Assembly: GCA_051362555.1 (NCBI GenBank)
Contig: CM120649.1
Location: forward strand, 17,746,567 to 17,810,566
Source of the DNA: Lingula anatina
Taxonomy: Eukaryota > Animalia > Brachiopoda
DNA length: 64,000 nt
Direction: 5' to 3'
In this document: piece by piece, positions 1 through 13,549 of the stretch
How positions within the stretch are numbered: the first letter of the stretch is position 1
Layout of the letters: every line of letters begins with the position of its first letter
Notes under the pieces: generated by a model
What the model saw: only the letters and a program-made list of their open reading frames with translations
Database searches by the model: none
Told to the model about the DNA's origin: nothing
Program-made: the position numbers and the translations under genes

Positions 1-275
1 ATTTAGCTGAAAAATTCTACTTAAATTGCACATATTAACTTCAATAACAGGATACTCCAATGTCAATCACAAGTGTGCAGACATATGAACAGATAGACGT
101 GAACTAGACAGACAGACAGACAGACAGATAGCTACATCATATCATTTAATATATTTCAGCCTTCTTCACATGCATTCATCTTTCCTTTCATTCAGAATAC
201 CAATTTTCACCAGCCAACATGTTATTGTATTCAATACAAAAAAAAGTCAAAATCATTTTCCATTCATTTTCATAC

Positions 276-495
276 CTGGGTTAATAATCATTTCACACTA
301 TAAAGCACATGCTCAGTAAATAAAGATTTCAATAGTAAACAAGATGCTATACAAAGCCGTGGACCCTTCAGGCTCCCCGTGCGTGCGGTTGCATGCAATT
401 TGCACGTAACATCAGAATTATTGCCCTCTGCGACAACAATACACCCTGCAGGTGTGCCTGCCTTCATTACTGTAAGTGCCGCAGTCAACTTTCCA
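276..495 (-). other. Candidate exon of an unidentified minus-strand gene (5'UTR plus possible start MIINP)
   Basis: Minus-strand acceptor TCTCTTTCATTTCTATTCAG ending at 496 and donor CAG|GTATG at 276/275; ATG at 291-289. No protein homology is recognisable. Confidence 0.3.
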
Positions 496-1540
496 CTGAA
501 TAGAAATGAAAGAGACGTGGTTCCAATGACTCATACCGTAAAGTAGGTCTTGTTTTTTTTCTTTTTAAAAAAAGCTAAGGCACTGTTTTAGGCCAAAGAA
601 AACGACCGATTTCTATAAGGTTTTGACTTATTTGTAGGCGAAAAAAAGGTTAAAATGTTATTTACAAATAAAGCTGCTTTGAGGAAATCTGCAAAGGGAA
701 TGCCGTTCAGAAAACAAACCAACAGAGAAGGTTTCGTTATCTTAAAACAAATTAAGTTGCTTTGATATATTTCTTTCTTTTTTTTCAAAAATGCATAAGA
801 AAAACTAGCCACAGGGTAGTACTTTGTTGTCGTAATTAAAAAGCAATCTAGTGACAGTCACAGTAAAACTATTCGCACACATCCTGAACTGAAAGGTTGG
901 CGATATCAAATGTCAACTCGATTGAGTTTCCTTTTATACAGAAAACCATTATACTTTCAAAATGGTCAATTTCTTTTTTCGGTATGGAAAAAAACAAATT
1001 CTAAATTTGTGCATACAAAGCTATTCTTGAAGTTTAAACAACAAAACCTGACAAGAACTTGTCAAACTACTTTGATAAAAAATGACAAACCAATGCTTTG
1101 AAATTTGATTCAATGACAATTTCCTCATAGCAGCCAACCTGCAGTGAATATGTAGAGATGGCAGTGGAAAATTTTTATGCTGGAGTAGAAAAATTGAAAA
1201 CTGAAAATTTCATGCTGAATGACCTGAATTTTGAACTAAAATATTGAAGATTTTTAGATATAGTACTGTCACATAACTTGCAAAACCATGAGTTGATGAA
1301 GATGTAAATGCACTTGCATAAATTTATATTTCTCACAGAGCTCAGCTTGGCCTAATTTTCCATGCAGGTTTGTATGCAGGTAAAATTCATATACATCAGT
1401 AAGGTGATGCTAAAATAAAAAGTATTTATGAAAGTTGCTTTATAAAACCCAACCTTTCTTTTTGTAAAGACTTCATTTTCTCTTTTTTTCTATATCATAA
1501 TCATTAATTTCATAAGTTTTGATCAGCGTGTGATGATTAA

Positions 1541-2050
1541 AGGGATAACAAGTCTTCATACGAGATTGAAAAATTTACAACAAATACATTGTAAACAACA
1601 CATAGAAAATATCTAATAAATTCGATCAAAACAGTGATCATCGCAATTATTCTGATATCTGTGCTCACCATCGGACCACGTGGAACTTCATAGATGGGTT
1701 TCCCTCTTAAGTGAGCATTACAAATCCACGCCTAGGGGAGCCCTAACACTCCCCAATTTAGCCAAATGCTAAAAGTTACTAAAATTGGCTAAACAAAATA
1801 GGGCTGATGGGTTGATTTGAGTTGTTTTGGTAAAATTATAACAATTTGGAGGAAAAAGTGATGAAAAAGTAATGATTTAGCTATGCCAAAAAATTGGTTG
1901 TGTTTCCCTAGCAGACTTTTAAAAATTCAACAGCTTTTGAATGTCAGAATTGATTCATATACCATTGGAAAGTGTGGGAAAATTGTTGTTTACCCCAGGA
2001 AAACCTGTTTCATGGTACTTTTCCCACCCAAATGAGGGGTTGTCATCCCT
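1541..2050. mobile_element. TTAA-flanked MITE (Kolobok-like AG…CT termini)
   Basis: TTAA|AGGGATAACAA…TTGTCATCCCT|TTAA; shares the subterminal CCATTGG…GGGAAAATTGTTGTTTAC block with the 2405/38329 family. Confidence 0.7.
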
Positions 2051-2355
2051 TTAAAATATACAAACAATCAAAATAGAAAGACAAGCCACTTAAGAAAATT
2101 TTTATATATATATCTTTATTTTCTGAATATACATCCGGTGTGCTGCCACCAAAACCACAGTGATCGATCAAATTGGGATAAAAATAGCAGACATTTTGTA
2201 TCTAGTGTTCTCTTCTCAAGTTTGCCATCTGTTGAAAGGGCATATAAAAATGAAGGGTGAACTGCGCCACATTGCATTCAATATGTCTCACGGATCTAGT
2301 TTTTTTTCTCACGTACTTCACACAAAGGTGTGGTACTGAAAAGAGGGGATTTGCC

Positions 2356-2404
<49 letters not shown>

Positions 2405-2405
<1 letters not shown>

Positions 2406-2741
2406 GCAATAATAACTCTTCGTTTCGGCCAAAAAATGAATTTTCCTGGAGTAAACAACAATTTTCCCATACTTACCAATGGTTAATGAATCCATTTTTA
2501 CATTCAAAGTTAGTCCCTGGTTTTTTTCTAAAAAGTTTGGTTTTTTGTTAAAATCTCTTAAGAGATTTTAACAGAGTATAGACATCAATGGAGGTCACGT
2601 GGTTTAAAGACAAGTTCAAATATCAGAATAAAAGCTATAACTGCTGTTTTTGTGGTAAAACAGAATATATTATATTTCTATGAGTTATTCACAATGTTTT
2701 TATTGTGAAATATAGATCTCATACGAAGAGTTATTATCCCT
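2405..2741 (-). mobile_element. TTAA-flanked MITE (Kolobok-like)
   Basis: TTAA|AGCAATAATAACTC…GAGTTATTATCCCT|TTAA; inverted copy at 38329-38699. Confidence 0.8.
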
Positions 2742-4279
2742 TTAACCTATCGACTGAATCATTCAAATTAGAAGTAGAATTGATTTAAATAATTCTGTTA
2801 TTTTATTCTCTAGTTTTTTTACAAAAACAAATAGAAGTGTCCTTTTACACGCTAACCTGGAGTACCAATCCCCTTCCCCCACCCACCCCCACCCCCTGTC
2901 AACCCACCCCCACCCCCTGTCAACCCCCCCTTCCTCATTCTCTCATGGCCTTTAACTTCACAATATGTAAACGTCAAATGAAAAAAAAAATTTTTTAATT
3001 CTCTATTCTGAATGTACCCAGATTCAGTTACTTTCACAAGATACAGATAATATAATGTCAAATACCTTGCCATTAAGGATTAATTCAGAATAGCCCCTAG
3101 CCCTCATTTAGACTGCCATTAGCCTAAAAAAAGTTAGCCATTATTTCCAAAGACGGCTGGACGGCTTACAAAATTTTGGGGTTGGTCGGTAGGGCTTGAT
3201 TAGGTTGGACTCCCTGTAAAACCTTGACCACATTACAAAGACACGCTTTAGACTCCGTGTATCTGGTATCCTGGGAAAATCCTGCCTGTCATTCTTAGAA
3301 CACAGACAAGGAAGTAAAAAGGGGGAATTATTATGAGTACATCACCTCTTAAGGTCATGAATCTACAATCAAACCAAGTGGTGATCACGTTTCTATAGAA
3401 AACAAGGTGCTAATGACACTCCACAATTAATTTTACCTTTGATTCCTCAATTATTAATTGGTCTCCTCCTGGCTGGCTTCTGAGAAAGTGTGAGTGTTGT
3501 GTCGTCGCAGGAAACAGCGTGGCGTGGAAGCTACGTACAACAAAGTGCTTGATCCTTAGCTTGCATGTCTTCGTGCGCTGCTTCAGAGAATTTGGGTCAT
3601 CAAGCTAAAAATAGAATCATGACATCATCAGAGCAGTCTGAGACTCTGAGGCTTTCAGCTGTTGGGAAGCATTTGTTTTCGACAGGTACAAAAAAATGTT
3701 AAAGAGGTCCATTTTTCATATAGGGAGAGGATGTGATAAATAGTACACATAGAAAAACCTAGCAAACAATTAAGAATTTATCAATCAAGACAAAAGATAA
3801 GAAGAATATAAGACCCCAGCTGACATTTCAAATGAGGCCATATCAGCTAAAATTAATTTTTCTTGACTCTTAAGTACCATCCGGTACAATTAAGTACTAT
3901 CAATCTGTTTACCTCTCTCCACAAATAAGCGATATCCTGCATTCAGCTAACAAAACATGGGTAACGGACCAATTATTCACAACAAAATAATCTCTTTTCC
4001 TTCCTTTTCTTGCATGTGAATCATGATAAATCATTAGGTAATGCTAGGAAAGGCCCAGCCACATGTCATTGTTATCTAATTGCACTCCCCTTGCAAAAAA
4101 AAGTGACAATTTTCTCTTCTTTTCCTTCAAAAATATTCCAATCCCTTGGTTTAAAATTAAAAGAATTACTTAATGACTGAAAAAAGTGCTAAATGCACAT
4201 TATACACCCCTTCTCTCTCTTGCTTTCTCCCTCCTTTTCTCTCTTTCTCTCTCTCACACACATAAGCACACATAGAGCA

Positions 4280-4328
<49 letters not shown>

Positions 4329-5134
4329 GTTCATAGCTCCCTGTACAGCAACCTGTGTGAATGCCTCCTCAATTAGCTAATTAGGCACCCCACCTGGGCT
4401 TACCTGGCCAAAGAAATATCATTAACTTATCAATCACAAAGTGAGAGATCAGCAATAGCACTCAGGTTTATGGTCAGCCTAAGTCAGCACAGGCCATAAA
4501 AATAACCATCTTCAATAAATGTCATCCACAATAATTGGATGACATATAGGGAAAAATGTCCACCCACCATACTCTAGCAGAAGCTTTTGCAGAAAAAATA
4601 ATAAAAATCAATATCCTCACAATACCAAATGATCATTATCACCTTTTCTAATCCCAAAAATAAACTTGTTCCCTTGGCCTACAGACACTTTCCCCCATTG
4701 CTTAAACTACTGTACATGCCATTTTATGTTCTGTATTTTCAATTATCACTGATCTTGCATTTTCAATTCTTTAAAAGAATTTTTAAACAAAAAGCAATTT
4801 GGTGCCAGTAATTGAATTAACTGTGGGAAATTGCGTACAAGTGTATGTATTTGTAGCACTCACTCTTGCACAGACTATCAAGATAGTAAGCCAAGGCTGG
4901 TTTACAGTGAAAATAAGACCACCTAACTTAGGACATCATAATCTGATCATCTCTGATTAGCTATCTATTTAGAAAAATGTTCACCAAGGAACTCAGTAAA
5001 AAGTTGAAGTTTAGATCATAAAGATTAAATTAGTCTATGTAACTGAGAATGTTGAGCAGATTTGGTTAGGTGAATGTTATATACCATGTTGTTGGAACAA
5101 TAAATATTTATTCTAAGATGCCGAATTTTTTGTT

Positions 5135-5136
<2 letters not shown>

Positions 5137-5179
<43 letters not shown>
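5137..5179. repeat. (TG)n microsatellite
   Basis: Direct reading; an (AC)n tract also lies at 10330-10400. Confidence 0.9.
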
Positions 5180-5182
<3 letters not shown>

Positions 5183-6262
5183 CAAATATATATCCAATTG
5201 GAAACTGACTTCAGACTTCCCAGAAAGCGGGGAAAACAATTTTATTAGATATGCTTCCATTGGTAATGTAATCATAACCTGGCCACCTGCCTGTTAAGGT
5301 CGGTAAACTTACTCCTCAATGGAAAGAGTTTATAAGAGAAAACTACTAATACTTCACCAACCTGACACCAACTGGTATTAAATGAAAAATCAGTGTCACC
5401 TTTATGGCATAATTTTTACCATTATTTTCTGTGAACAGAACTGTGAGCCAGCTACAGCACAGGTGAGTTAAACAGGCACAGGTGATTGCTATATTCACAG
5501 ACTACTCAGAGAGGCAGACCTCCGCCGAGGCACCTCAACTCACAATATTATTAATTTGTTAATTAATTAATGGATTGCCAACAAAATCTGGTCAATTCTA
5601 GGGTAGCCCATCATGAATCTTTTTTTAAATCAAACTCCACCAAAAACTTTTAAAATTTGGATGTTAACTAAAAACCAACAAAAGTAAAAACATAACCCCC
5701 TAAGGCTTTGGTGGAGGTTTAAAAAAATGAAAGAGTACAGTAATAATGAATAATATCCAGGCGTTCCTCATTTCTCCGCCTGCAGTCAGCAAGCACCTGA
5801 GCACTTACAGCCAACCGCATGCAATCCTCAGCTTAAGACAACAGCTTCGCCAGGAGGCCATGTCGTTAAAAAAAAGCTACTGATTAATTTGCTATCTTGT
5901 CTAGACTCTCTAATTAAGGGATCGAGAAGAACGATCTAATCATCTTCGTAATGACTGGGATATAAGCGCGTGTCATTAAAAGAAGGTACTCTTCGTCAAC
6001 AATTTGAGTCATTAGTCAGTGTTTTGGTCGCGCTGGTTGTTGATGTTAATCATTTCAGTATATAGAAATTAACCATTAGTGAAATTGCATCATCTAATTG
6101 ATTTTTGATCTTATCTTTGTGCAAGAGATTTTATGATTAGCTGGTATTGTTTTGAAAAAAAATGTGTCTCTCTCTCTTTCTTTCCCTCTCTCTCTTTCCT
6201 TCTCTCCTTCTCTATTCTAACAATAACCACACAACCTAGGGCCAATATCACACCTGTAACCA

Positions 6263-6430
6263 CAGGGGCGGATTTAGGCGGTCTTCTGGGTCTTCCGGAA
6301 GACGGTCAGATTTTCAAGTTTACATTGACGGGTATCTAATTTTTTCTGTCGGAAGACGGTCAAAAATGCTGGATGGGTCAACAAATATAATTTGGAAGAC
6401 TGTCAGAAAATATCTCTGGATCTGCCCCTG
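6263..6430 (+). mobile_element. MITE family C (CAGGGGCGGAT…ATCCGCCCCTG, 5-bp TSD)
   Basis: TSD AACCA; homologous copies at 10783 and 25675. Confidence 0.8.
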
Positions 6431-7007
6431 AACCAACAATTTCAGTAGGGAGGGGGGTCTTTATTTATTTTTTATTTTCGGATTTTTATATTACCCCCTT
6501 CTCCCTTAACTGATCCAATCTGAGAAACAAGATTAAACCTAGTTAAATTTTTGATCCACAGCAGACCATTTCTGGTCAAAAGGGTAATCATCTTTTGAAT
6601 ATCATTTTAAGGGCAGATTAACAAGATGAAAAGAGAGAGAGAGAGAGAGAGATAGGATGAGAAGGGAGAGACACAAACCCTCTGTATTGCTCATCTTTTC
6701 CCATTGTCTCAATAAAACAAAGCCAACACTGATGACTGGCGCTGAAACATCATCCTCTCTGATGATGATTAACTAAAACCCAAGAATCAGAATACTTTGT
6801 CTTCTGACGCAACCTGTCTGATCATCGCCACTGATACTGAACTGCTGTTCATCACTGACATCTTATAATAGGTTGCTTCTACAAAAGCCCAATACATCAC
6901 TTGTCAATAATAAGACTTGCATACTTTTTATTCTGATTGAAATCCATTTGTGTACTCTGTTAATTTATGAAGAAATAAGATTCATTTCACTTTCTGTACT
7001 AAATTAA

Positions 7008-7260
7008 AGCTATACTTTACTCTTCCTCAGAGTGTGTAGAGTCAAGGAGTTATAACAGAAGGAGATTACACGCAAGCCTTTCTATTGTCCGATGTCTGTT
7101 ACGGTGGGCGGAGCTAGCTACGGGGGGCCTCCGGTCTCCAGGTTTCGTCTGCGTTGCTCTCCTCAGCTTGGAGATAAATTTCATATGCGTTATTTCGCGT
7201 TAGAATTCGAGATCAGTAATGTCAAAGCGTAATGTTATAACTCCTTGGTAGAGTATACTT
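7008..7260. mobile_element. TTAA-flanked MITE
   Basis: TTAA|AGCTATACTTTAC…CAAGGAGTTATAAC / GTTATAACTCCTTG…GTAGAGTATACTT|TTAA. Confidence 0.6.
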
Positions 7261-8997
7261 TTAATCAGGAAGAAAGTGAAAATTTTTATCTTATAATATG
7301 TGCACTTTGTGTTCAAGTTACAATGTATTGTTTAAGGAAGAAAGGAGAAGTAAGAAAGAGGGAAGAGGAGAATTAAAAATAGAAGGAAAAAAAAGGTGCC
7401 AACAGAGCACCTGCTTTAATTAAGAGGAGGAAAAGCACCCCCCCCCCCCCCTCCCAAAGTCGGCCTCCTCAAGCCCATTCCTGAAAATGTGATGACAATT
7501 GTGTTTTAGTTGACTTTTTCTCACCAAACACATTGTGGACAGAGCATTTTACAAGTCCATGACTACACTGATGACCTCATCTAGACTAGTTTTTAACTGG
7601 GACTATATGTCCTCATATATCTCTCTTGTATCACAACTCCACCCTATATTGCTTTTCACTTTAAACAATTTGTATATTTATCTGACAATAATATTTTAAT
7701 GCTACCAGGCCACAGGATGATTTATTTTTTTGTTTTCAACGGAAAATAAAGATCACACAAAGGGGACAATCAATAATGGATGAAATTACGATGACTTATT
7801 AACCAAACTTTTTACTTTTATTCACTGAAAATACCTCAATGGAATTAAAAGTAAATTCGTCATTTGTCTAAGGACAAAAAAGCAGTGGATAGAAGTAACA
7901 ACACACATTCAGCCGCACTCCGCCAATCTGCACGTAACCGCGCAGCACTTTTTTAATTGCGCTGTGGGAGACGCAACTACAGTCTCCTCGCGACAATGAG
8001 GAGGTCTAATCAAATGCTGAACCACTTTACATTGTCACTGAACCCAGACTTATGAGTCATCTCGTGTATGGGTCATGGTGACATTTTATGATGCGATACT
8101 TTTATGGCCTGTTTTATGGAGGCAAAGATTATCAAATGAAGTTTTATCCAATTACAACATTTTTTTTACATTTTATAATGTTTTTTTTTCAAGAATAAAA
8201 AGCATTACAATCACCCCTTTCTTGCTTTCCATTCGTTTTTTGCTTGCTTTCTTGCTTTCTGATATTTTATTGATGTTATTCACGTCAACAAATTTCAGCC
8301 AGAACTATAAATCAAATGCTGGAAATCCCAAGGTCACATCTGAAATCGTTACCTGCAGTCAAAACATTTATAGCCTCTTCAGACTTTTGAACAAATAAAA
8401 AAGAAAGTTTTTATCTTTTCAGGCCAAATCTTTTTCGTTTAAAGAAAAAGAACAGGTTTATCATATCTTAGCTCATTTTACCAATTTTAACACAGAAAAA
8501 AATATACCAGTTATTTATTAAGCCTTACTTCCAAGTACACTAAAAAACCTTCCATACCAATCAAGACTTTTCCAAGAAAATTAATTTTAAAAGTATGTTT
8601 GGAAAGAGAGGAAGAAAAAGTCAGCAACAAAAACAACAACAAAAGAACTATTAAAAATATTACATTATCCTCATAGCAATTCCCACTGAGAGAAGAACAT
8701 GTTAGCAATCTCAATTCAGATCAGGACTAATGTTGTATTACCCCGCGTTTCAGAGTTGACTAAAAAAAAATCTCCCTACTACCATCAGCCTGCTTGTTGG
8801 TTTACAGTTGTCTCTGAAATTCAGGGTGTGCAATTCCCATTCCTGTCATGTACACAACACCCAATTAGTTTTTTTATTGACTGTGAGCTAATATGTCTCC
8901 CTGTCACCTGACAGAGTGATTAGATTACGTGGTATTAAGTGCTTCTGACAGTGTCTGGGATAAGCATAAGTGTGCTTTACAGTGACTCAGCTTTGGG

Positions 8998-8999
<2 letters not shown>

Positions 9000-9036
<37 letters not shown>

Positions 9037-9115
9037 TTTTTCTTCTCCGTTTCTCTCTAATCATTTTCCTTCTCTGCTCTATCTTTCTCTCTCTCTCATC
9101 ACTTCTTTTCCTTAG

Positions 9116-9172
<57 letters not shown>
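9000..9172. repeat. (CT)n microsatellite cluster
   Basis: Two long CT tracts with a pyrimidine-rich spacer; similar tracts at 2358-2400 and 4283-4324, and (AG)n at 20758-20790. Confidence 0.9.
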
Positions 9173-10327
9173 ATTCACAATTTTCCAAATGACAAAAAAT
9201 AATTTGAAAATATTTAGTTAAAGAGCACCGGGGACCAACAGCTGGCCTGCTCAGATGTCCCCTTCTCATCTGGGGGCATGCCCTGTAAAATACCAGCTAC
9301 TGTAGTCTTTTCTATTTATGAACTTTAAAAAAAAACTGCACTGAAAGCTTTCCATCTTCCCATGTTCCTAACTGTAACAGAGGTCAAGCTGTGAATGAGA
9401 AAAAATCCATAGGGTTAAAAGATCAAAGGAGATTTTGGGTCAACCTTACTGAAGTCAAAAGTTCTCCTCAGGTCATTTTATCCTATTTATGGCTTTGAAG
9501 TATTTTCCCTCCTAGAAGACAACCAAAAACACATTTTCAATTTTACCACTACTTTATTTGATCAATGGTTCTGTTTAAACATATCTTGTCCTCCATTTTT
9601 TCCTTTTTCATTTGTAATTGTTTACCAATTTCCTTCCTTCAACCTTCAATCCTTCACATTTTCATTTTTTCTCCATTTGCTTCTAAATCTTTTCATTTAC
9701 TCACTCCTTTACAACTACTTACTAGTACTTCAATCATTGAAAATTAAATTAATGAAAAATTGGGAGATGATACCCTAAAATAAAGCCATTCCCAGCAATA
9801 CACAGGCGGCTCACACCATTATCACCAAGAATTCTAACACAATGGACCTCCACAGCCAATTAGCTGAGCAAATTTGAGAAGATGCTTCACAGGCCCCACC
9901 CAGAGCTTGACAGACTGACTTTCTGGTAACTCCATCAATTTTGATTATGACTTCAGTGTTTCAAAATGGCCTGGCTTCAGAGCTTACATATTTTAAACCC
10001 ATCTGCAATAACATGGAACTGTAGATGGTTGATACTGTGGGGGGTGGGGGTGGGGGAGGGAGACAGTCTAAAGAATCACCCTTTTGGACAGAAAAAGTCT
10101 GCTGTGGCTCAAAAATTTGATCTGGTTCTAGGCCTTTTCTGAAGTTGAGTCAACTATGGGTATGAAAAGGCCCACTTTTTTTTACATTCCTGGTAAAAAT
10201 ACAGGTGAGTTTCCACCCATCCTTGAAAACCTGGCTGTAGGAGCTGTTTTGCTGAGAGGATCGTGTCAACTTACAAATTAAGGGACATGCAGCTGAGGAG
10301 AAGAGGAATGTGCACACTGCCAGCATG

Positions 10328-10370
<43 letters not shown>

Positions 10371-10782
10371 ATGCGCGTGCGCACACACACACACACACAC
10401 ATGCGCACCATCACGCACTAATTTTTCAGAGAGCCGACTCCTTGACCCGTCTAAAATTGCCTAAGGGGTCACTTGGGGTCATTCCTGGACCGCTTCAGAC
10501 ATCGGTTTCCATTTACAATATCTCCTCTGACCCTCCGCTGAACTGTGAATGTAAACAGATAATTATCGGGAAATGCAGCAACCAAGATGCTACTTGTTAG
10601 TTCAAATAAACAGAGCAAATTTTCCATTTACTATGCCTGTACTACTTACCAAAATCAATATCTCTGCAAGTAGCCAAAGTCAGATACAAAACACTCCAAG
10701 TAAATGATGTAAATTTATTTTCATGAGGTCTATTCATCTGAATTGATATTATTACTGAAAGTGAGAAGTCAGATGCTATAAG

Positions 10783-10959
10783 CAGGGGTGGATCCAGACA
10801 TATTTTCTAACAGTCTTCCAAATTATCTTTGTTGATCCATCCTCCATTTTTGATTTGACAGTCTTCCGACAGAAAAAAATATATACTTGTCAATGCAACT
10901 TGAAAATCTGAATGTCCTGTCTTCCGGAAGACCCAGAAGACAGCCTCAATCCGCCCCTG
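10783..10959 (-). mobile_element. MITE family C
   Basis: TSD ATAAG; reverse orientation relative to 6263. Confidence 0.8.
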
Positions 10960-12689
10960 ATAAGCGAGGCTAAATAAAGCAGTGACTAGGGTAGTAACTC
11001 TTTGATCCTCTAAATTAATCTACATCATGAAAGTAACAAACGCAAGATCAGCAGTGCAAAGAGTTGAAAGTTACTTACTGTAAGAAATAAAAAATAATAA
11101 GTAAAATTAATAACTGACATTTATGGGTATAAAGAGGGGTTGCCATTTTAACCAAAGGCCATATTCAGTTCAAGAAAACAATCTTACAGTTCCAAGATCA
11201 GGATGGATTATTCCCCCCCCCCCCCCCCCAACCCCCAAAAAATCTCAATGAAAAATTGATCATGATTTGAGAAATAGAATCATACCAAATGCAAATTCTC
11301 TCTCTGCAAAAAAGATTGTTTTTTTAAATAGCTATTGAAATGTTACCATTCTGTGTCTGTTTAAAACTCAAAATTCTTATATAAGAAGGTCCCGTTTAAA
11401 CCTCTTGAAAGACTGATGCAGTGATTAATTTGGTTTATCCCTAACTGGTGTGTCAACTTTATTTTAAGTCATTCAAGAAACAAATAGGAGTGGTTTTAAT
11501 GCATTACTGGGAATCTGCCCTGAACTAGTGCATGGTTCAAATGCATACATGTACCTTTAAATTTTTTATTCTCCTAAAACAAAATATTCCAAAGCATGGC
11601 CAAAAATACACTCAGAAATTGTAATAATAAGTTATTTATATCAATGTATGCTTGGGAAAAAATCTAATAAAAATCTGAAAGCATTTGCTTTAATCTGCCT
11701 GCATTCTTTTATCTGTATACTGGTAGATACTCAGTAATACATTTTATACATCTGGCGAATTGAACATGTGCTTGACTTCAGTTAGGCAGCCATACTCCTT
11801 AGTGTATTCAGAAGTGTCAAGACCCCCCTTCAAAGCCAAACATGATCAAAGCAATAATTACAGTACTCTGCTAGATAGATCAAAAGCTTATCATCTCAGG
11901 TAAAGCCCTAAAAGATGGAAGAACTTCTGAAGCCCTTTAAATCTGGGAAATAGCATTTCCTGACTCAAGAAATTTGTCAATAGCCCTTTACACTTATTAT
12001 GTGAGAGGTCCACTGCATGTAAATGCATGCAAACGCACATGAAATAATTTGAATACAAAACAATAAAAAATATAATTTATTTAAAAAAAAAACTATATTG
12101 CATGCATTATTGATTAAATGAATGGAAGAATCTAGCATTTACAGGCTGGATCCCTTGGGCTCTCTTTGATATTTCTGAATTTGTAGTTCATGTATATAAT
12201 ATTGACTTTTTAACATTCACACAATGCAGCGTATACTAATGAAAGCAATATTTGACAACAGAATATTGAATGAAGTTACATTATTCATTTCCCGCCTCCA
12301 ACAAAAACAAACAAAAACTTAAGTTCTAAACACTGCCCGCCTTTCCGTCAGGTATTACACAGCCGAGTTACAGCATGTTACGCAACGGTGATATACCGGC
12401 TGATGGGGATTGCTTTCGCTCCAGTGAGTCTAAAACGGCTAGACGTAATCGGTTCAATAGACCAAGAAAGGGGGTCTATTTATTGATTTCACTGACCTAA
12501 TTTCCTAACCACAGAAGGCTTGTTACGAGCCGGTGCCCGTAGTTGACCGATAATCACGTGTAGGAGCTAGACCAGCTGTGAATGGGCTTCTAACAGGCAC
12601 TAATTATGTAATTTAGGCGCGATAAGATCGTCACGGGGGCTGTCAGCGGGGTTCGGGGAGAGGAAAATAACAATAGAAATGATGCTCAC

Positions 12690-12925
12690 CTCTTCCGCGT
12701 GTGAACAGGTTGCCGGAAGTAGCGTAAGGCGCATGCGTTCCAGCTGTATGATGGGATGCTTGCGGGAAATCTAACATCGTAGCATTTGCGATTTTTTGTT
12801 AAAACGATTCCTAATGTATTCATTTGTACAGTCGATCATATTAATTTTGATGGGATAAACATGGTGTCACTGTCGTTATGTCTGTTAATGAGCTGCACGA
12901 ACCATGCTGCGGTTAAAACGTAAAG
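12690..12925. promoter_or_regulatory. Probable bidirectional housekeeping promoter / first exons
   Basis: CpG-enriched patch with ETS/GABPA motif CCGGAAGT (12713-12720) and NRF1-like GCGCATGCG (12729-12737). A minus-strand donor GAG|GTGAGC at 12690/12689 and a plus-strand donor AAG|GTGAGG at 12925/12926 point away from each other. Confidence 0.6.
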
Positions 12926-13402
12926 GTGAGGATATGGGAAGTGTGTGGACTGCAGTTGCCTCCCCCCAAATCTACAACTTAAAAGTCTTAGATTTTCATG
13001 GTATTTGCAAATTCAGTTAACTTAAGAATTGAATTTCGTCAGTGTCTTTAAAATTTAAATTAATTTCAGTCAAATAATTCACTTAGTTTTGTTGTTTATT
13101 ATTATTTATACATATAAATTAATGAAATGCACAAATATAATGTCAATAATCTTGATTTATCAAGCATGGATGGTTGATTATTTTTAAAATCACCTAAGTT
13201 GCATTTAAAAATTATAATAGTCTGTTTACTTTTTTGTTTCATCTTTTCAGACAAACAGCTTTCATCTTGTCAGACAATTAGCAACCAACAAAAGGTTGTT
13301 TGTGTTAAATAAAATGAAGATACCACATTTTGTTTGTATTCAGTGAAACCTTTCTAAAAGGAATTTGCTAACAAACAGATAAAAGGCTTTTCTCAAAAGA
13401 TC

Positions 13403-13514
13403 ATGTCTCAAAGCTCCATGCTGGATGAGGTTGGGACGTGGAGGGAGACGGAATGTCAGGCCAGATGGCAGGAGGTGCTGCCAGAGCTCCTGGTATCCTT
13501 TCAGTGGTGGATTG

Positions 13515-13549
<35 letters not shown>

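Noticed and set aside
2202-2507. ORF MNVKMDSLTIGKYGKIVVYSRKIHF repeated at 38597
   Set aside because: It lies inside two copies of a TTAA-flanked MITE and runs into a microsatellite, so it is not a gene.
8970-9221. SLSLSL / ERERER / CVCVCV / HTHTHT ORFs here and elsewhere
   Set aside because: They are translations of dinucleotide microsatellites.
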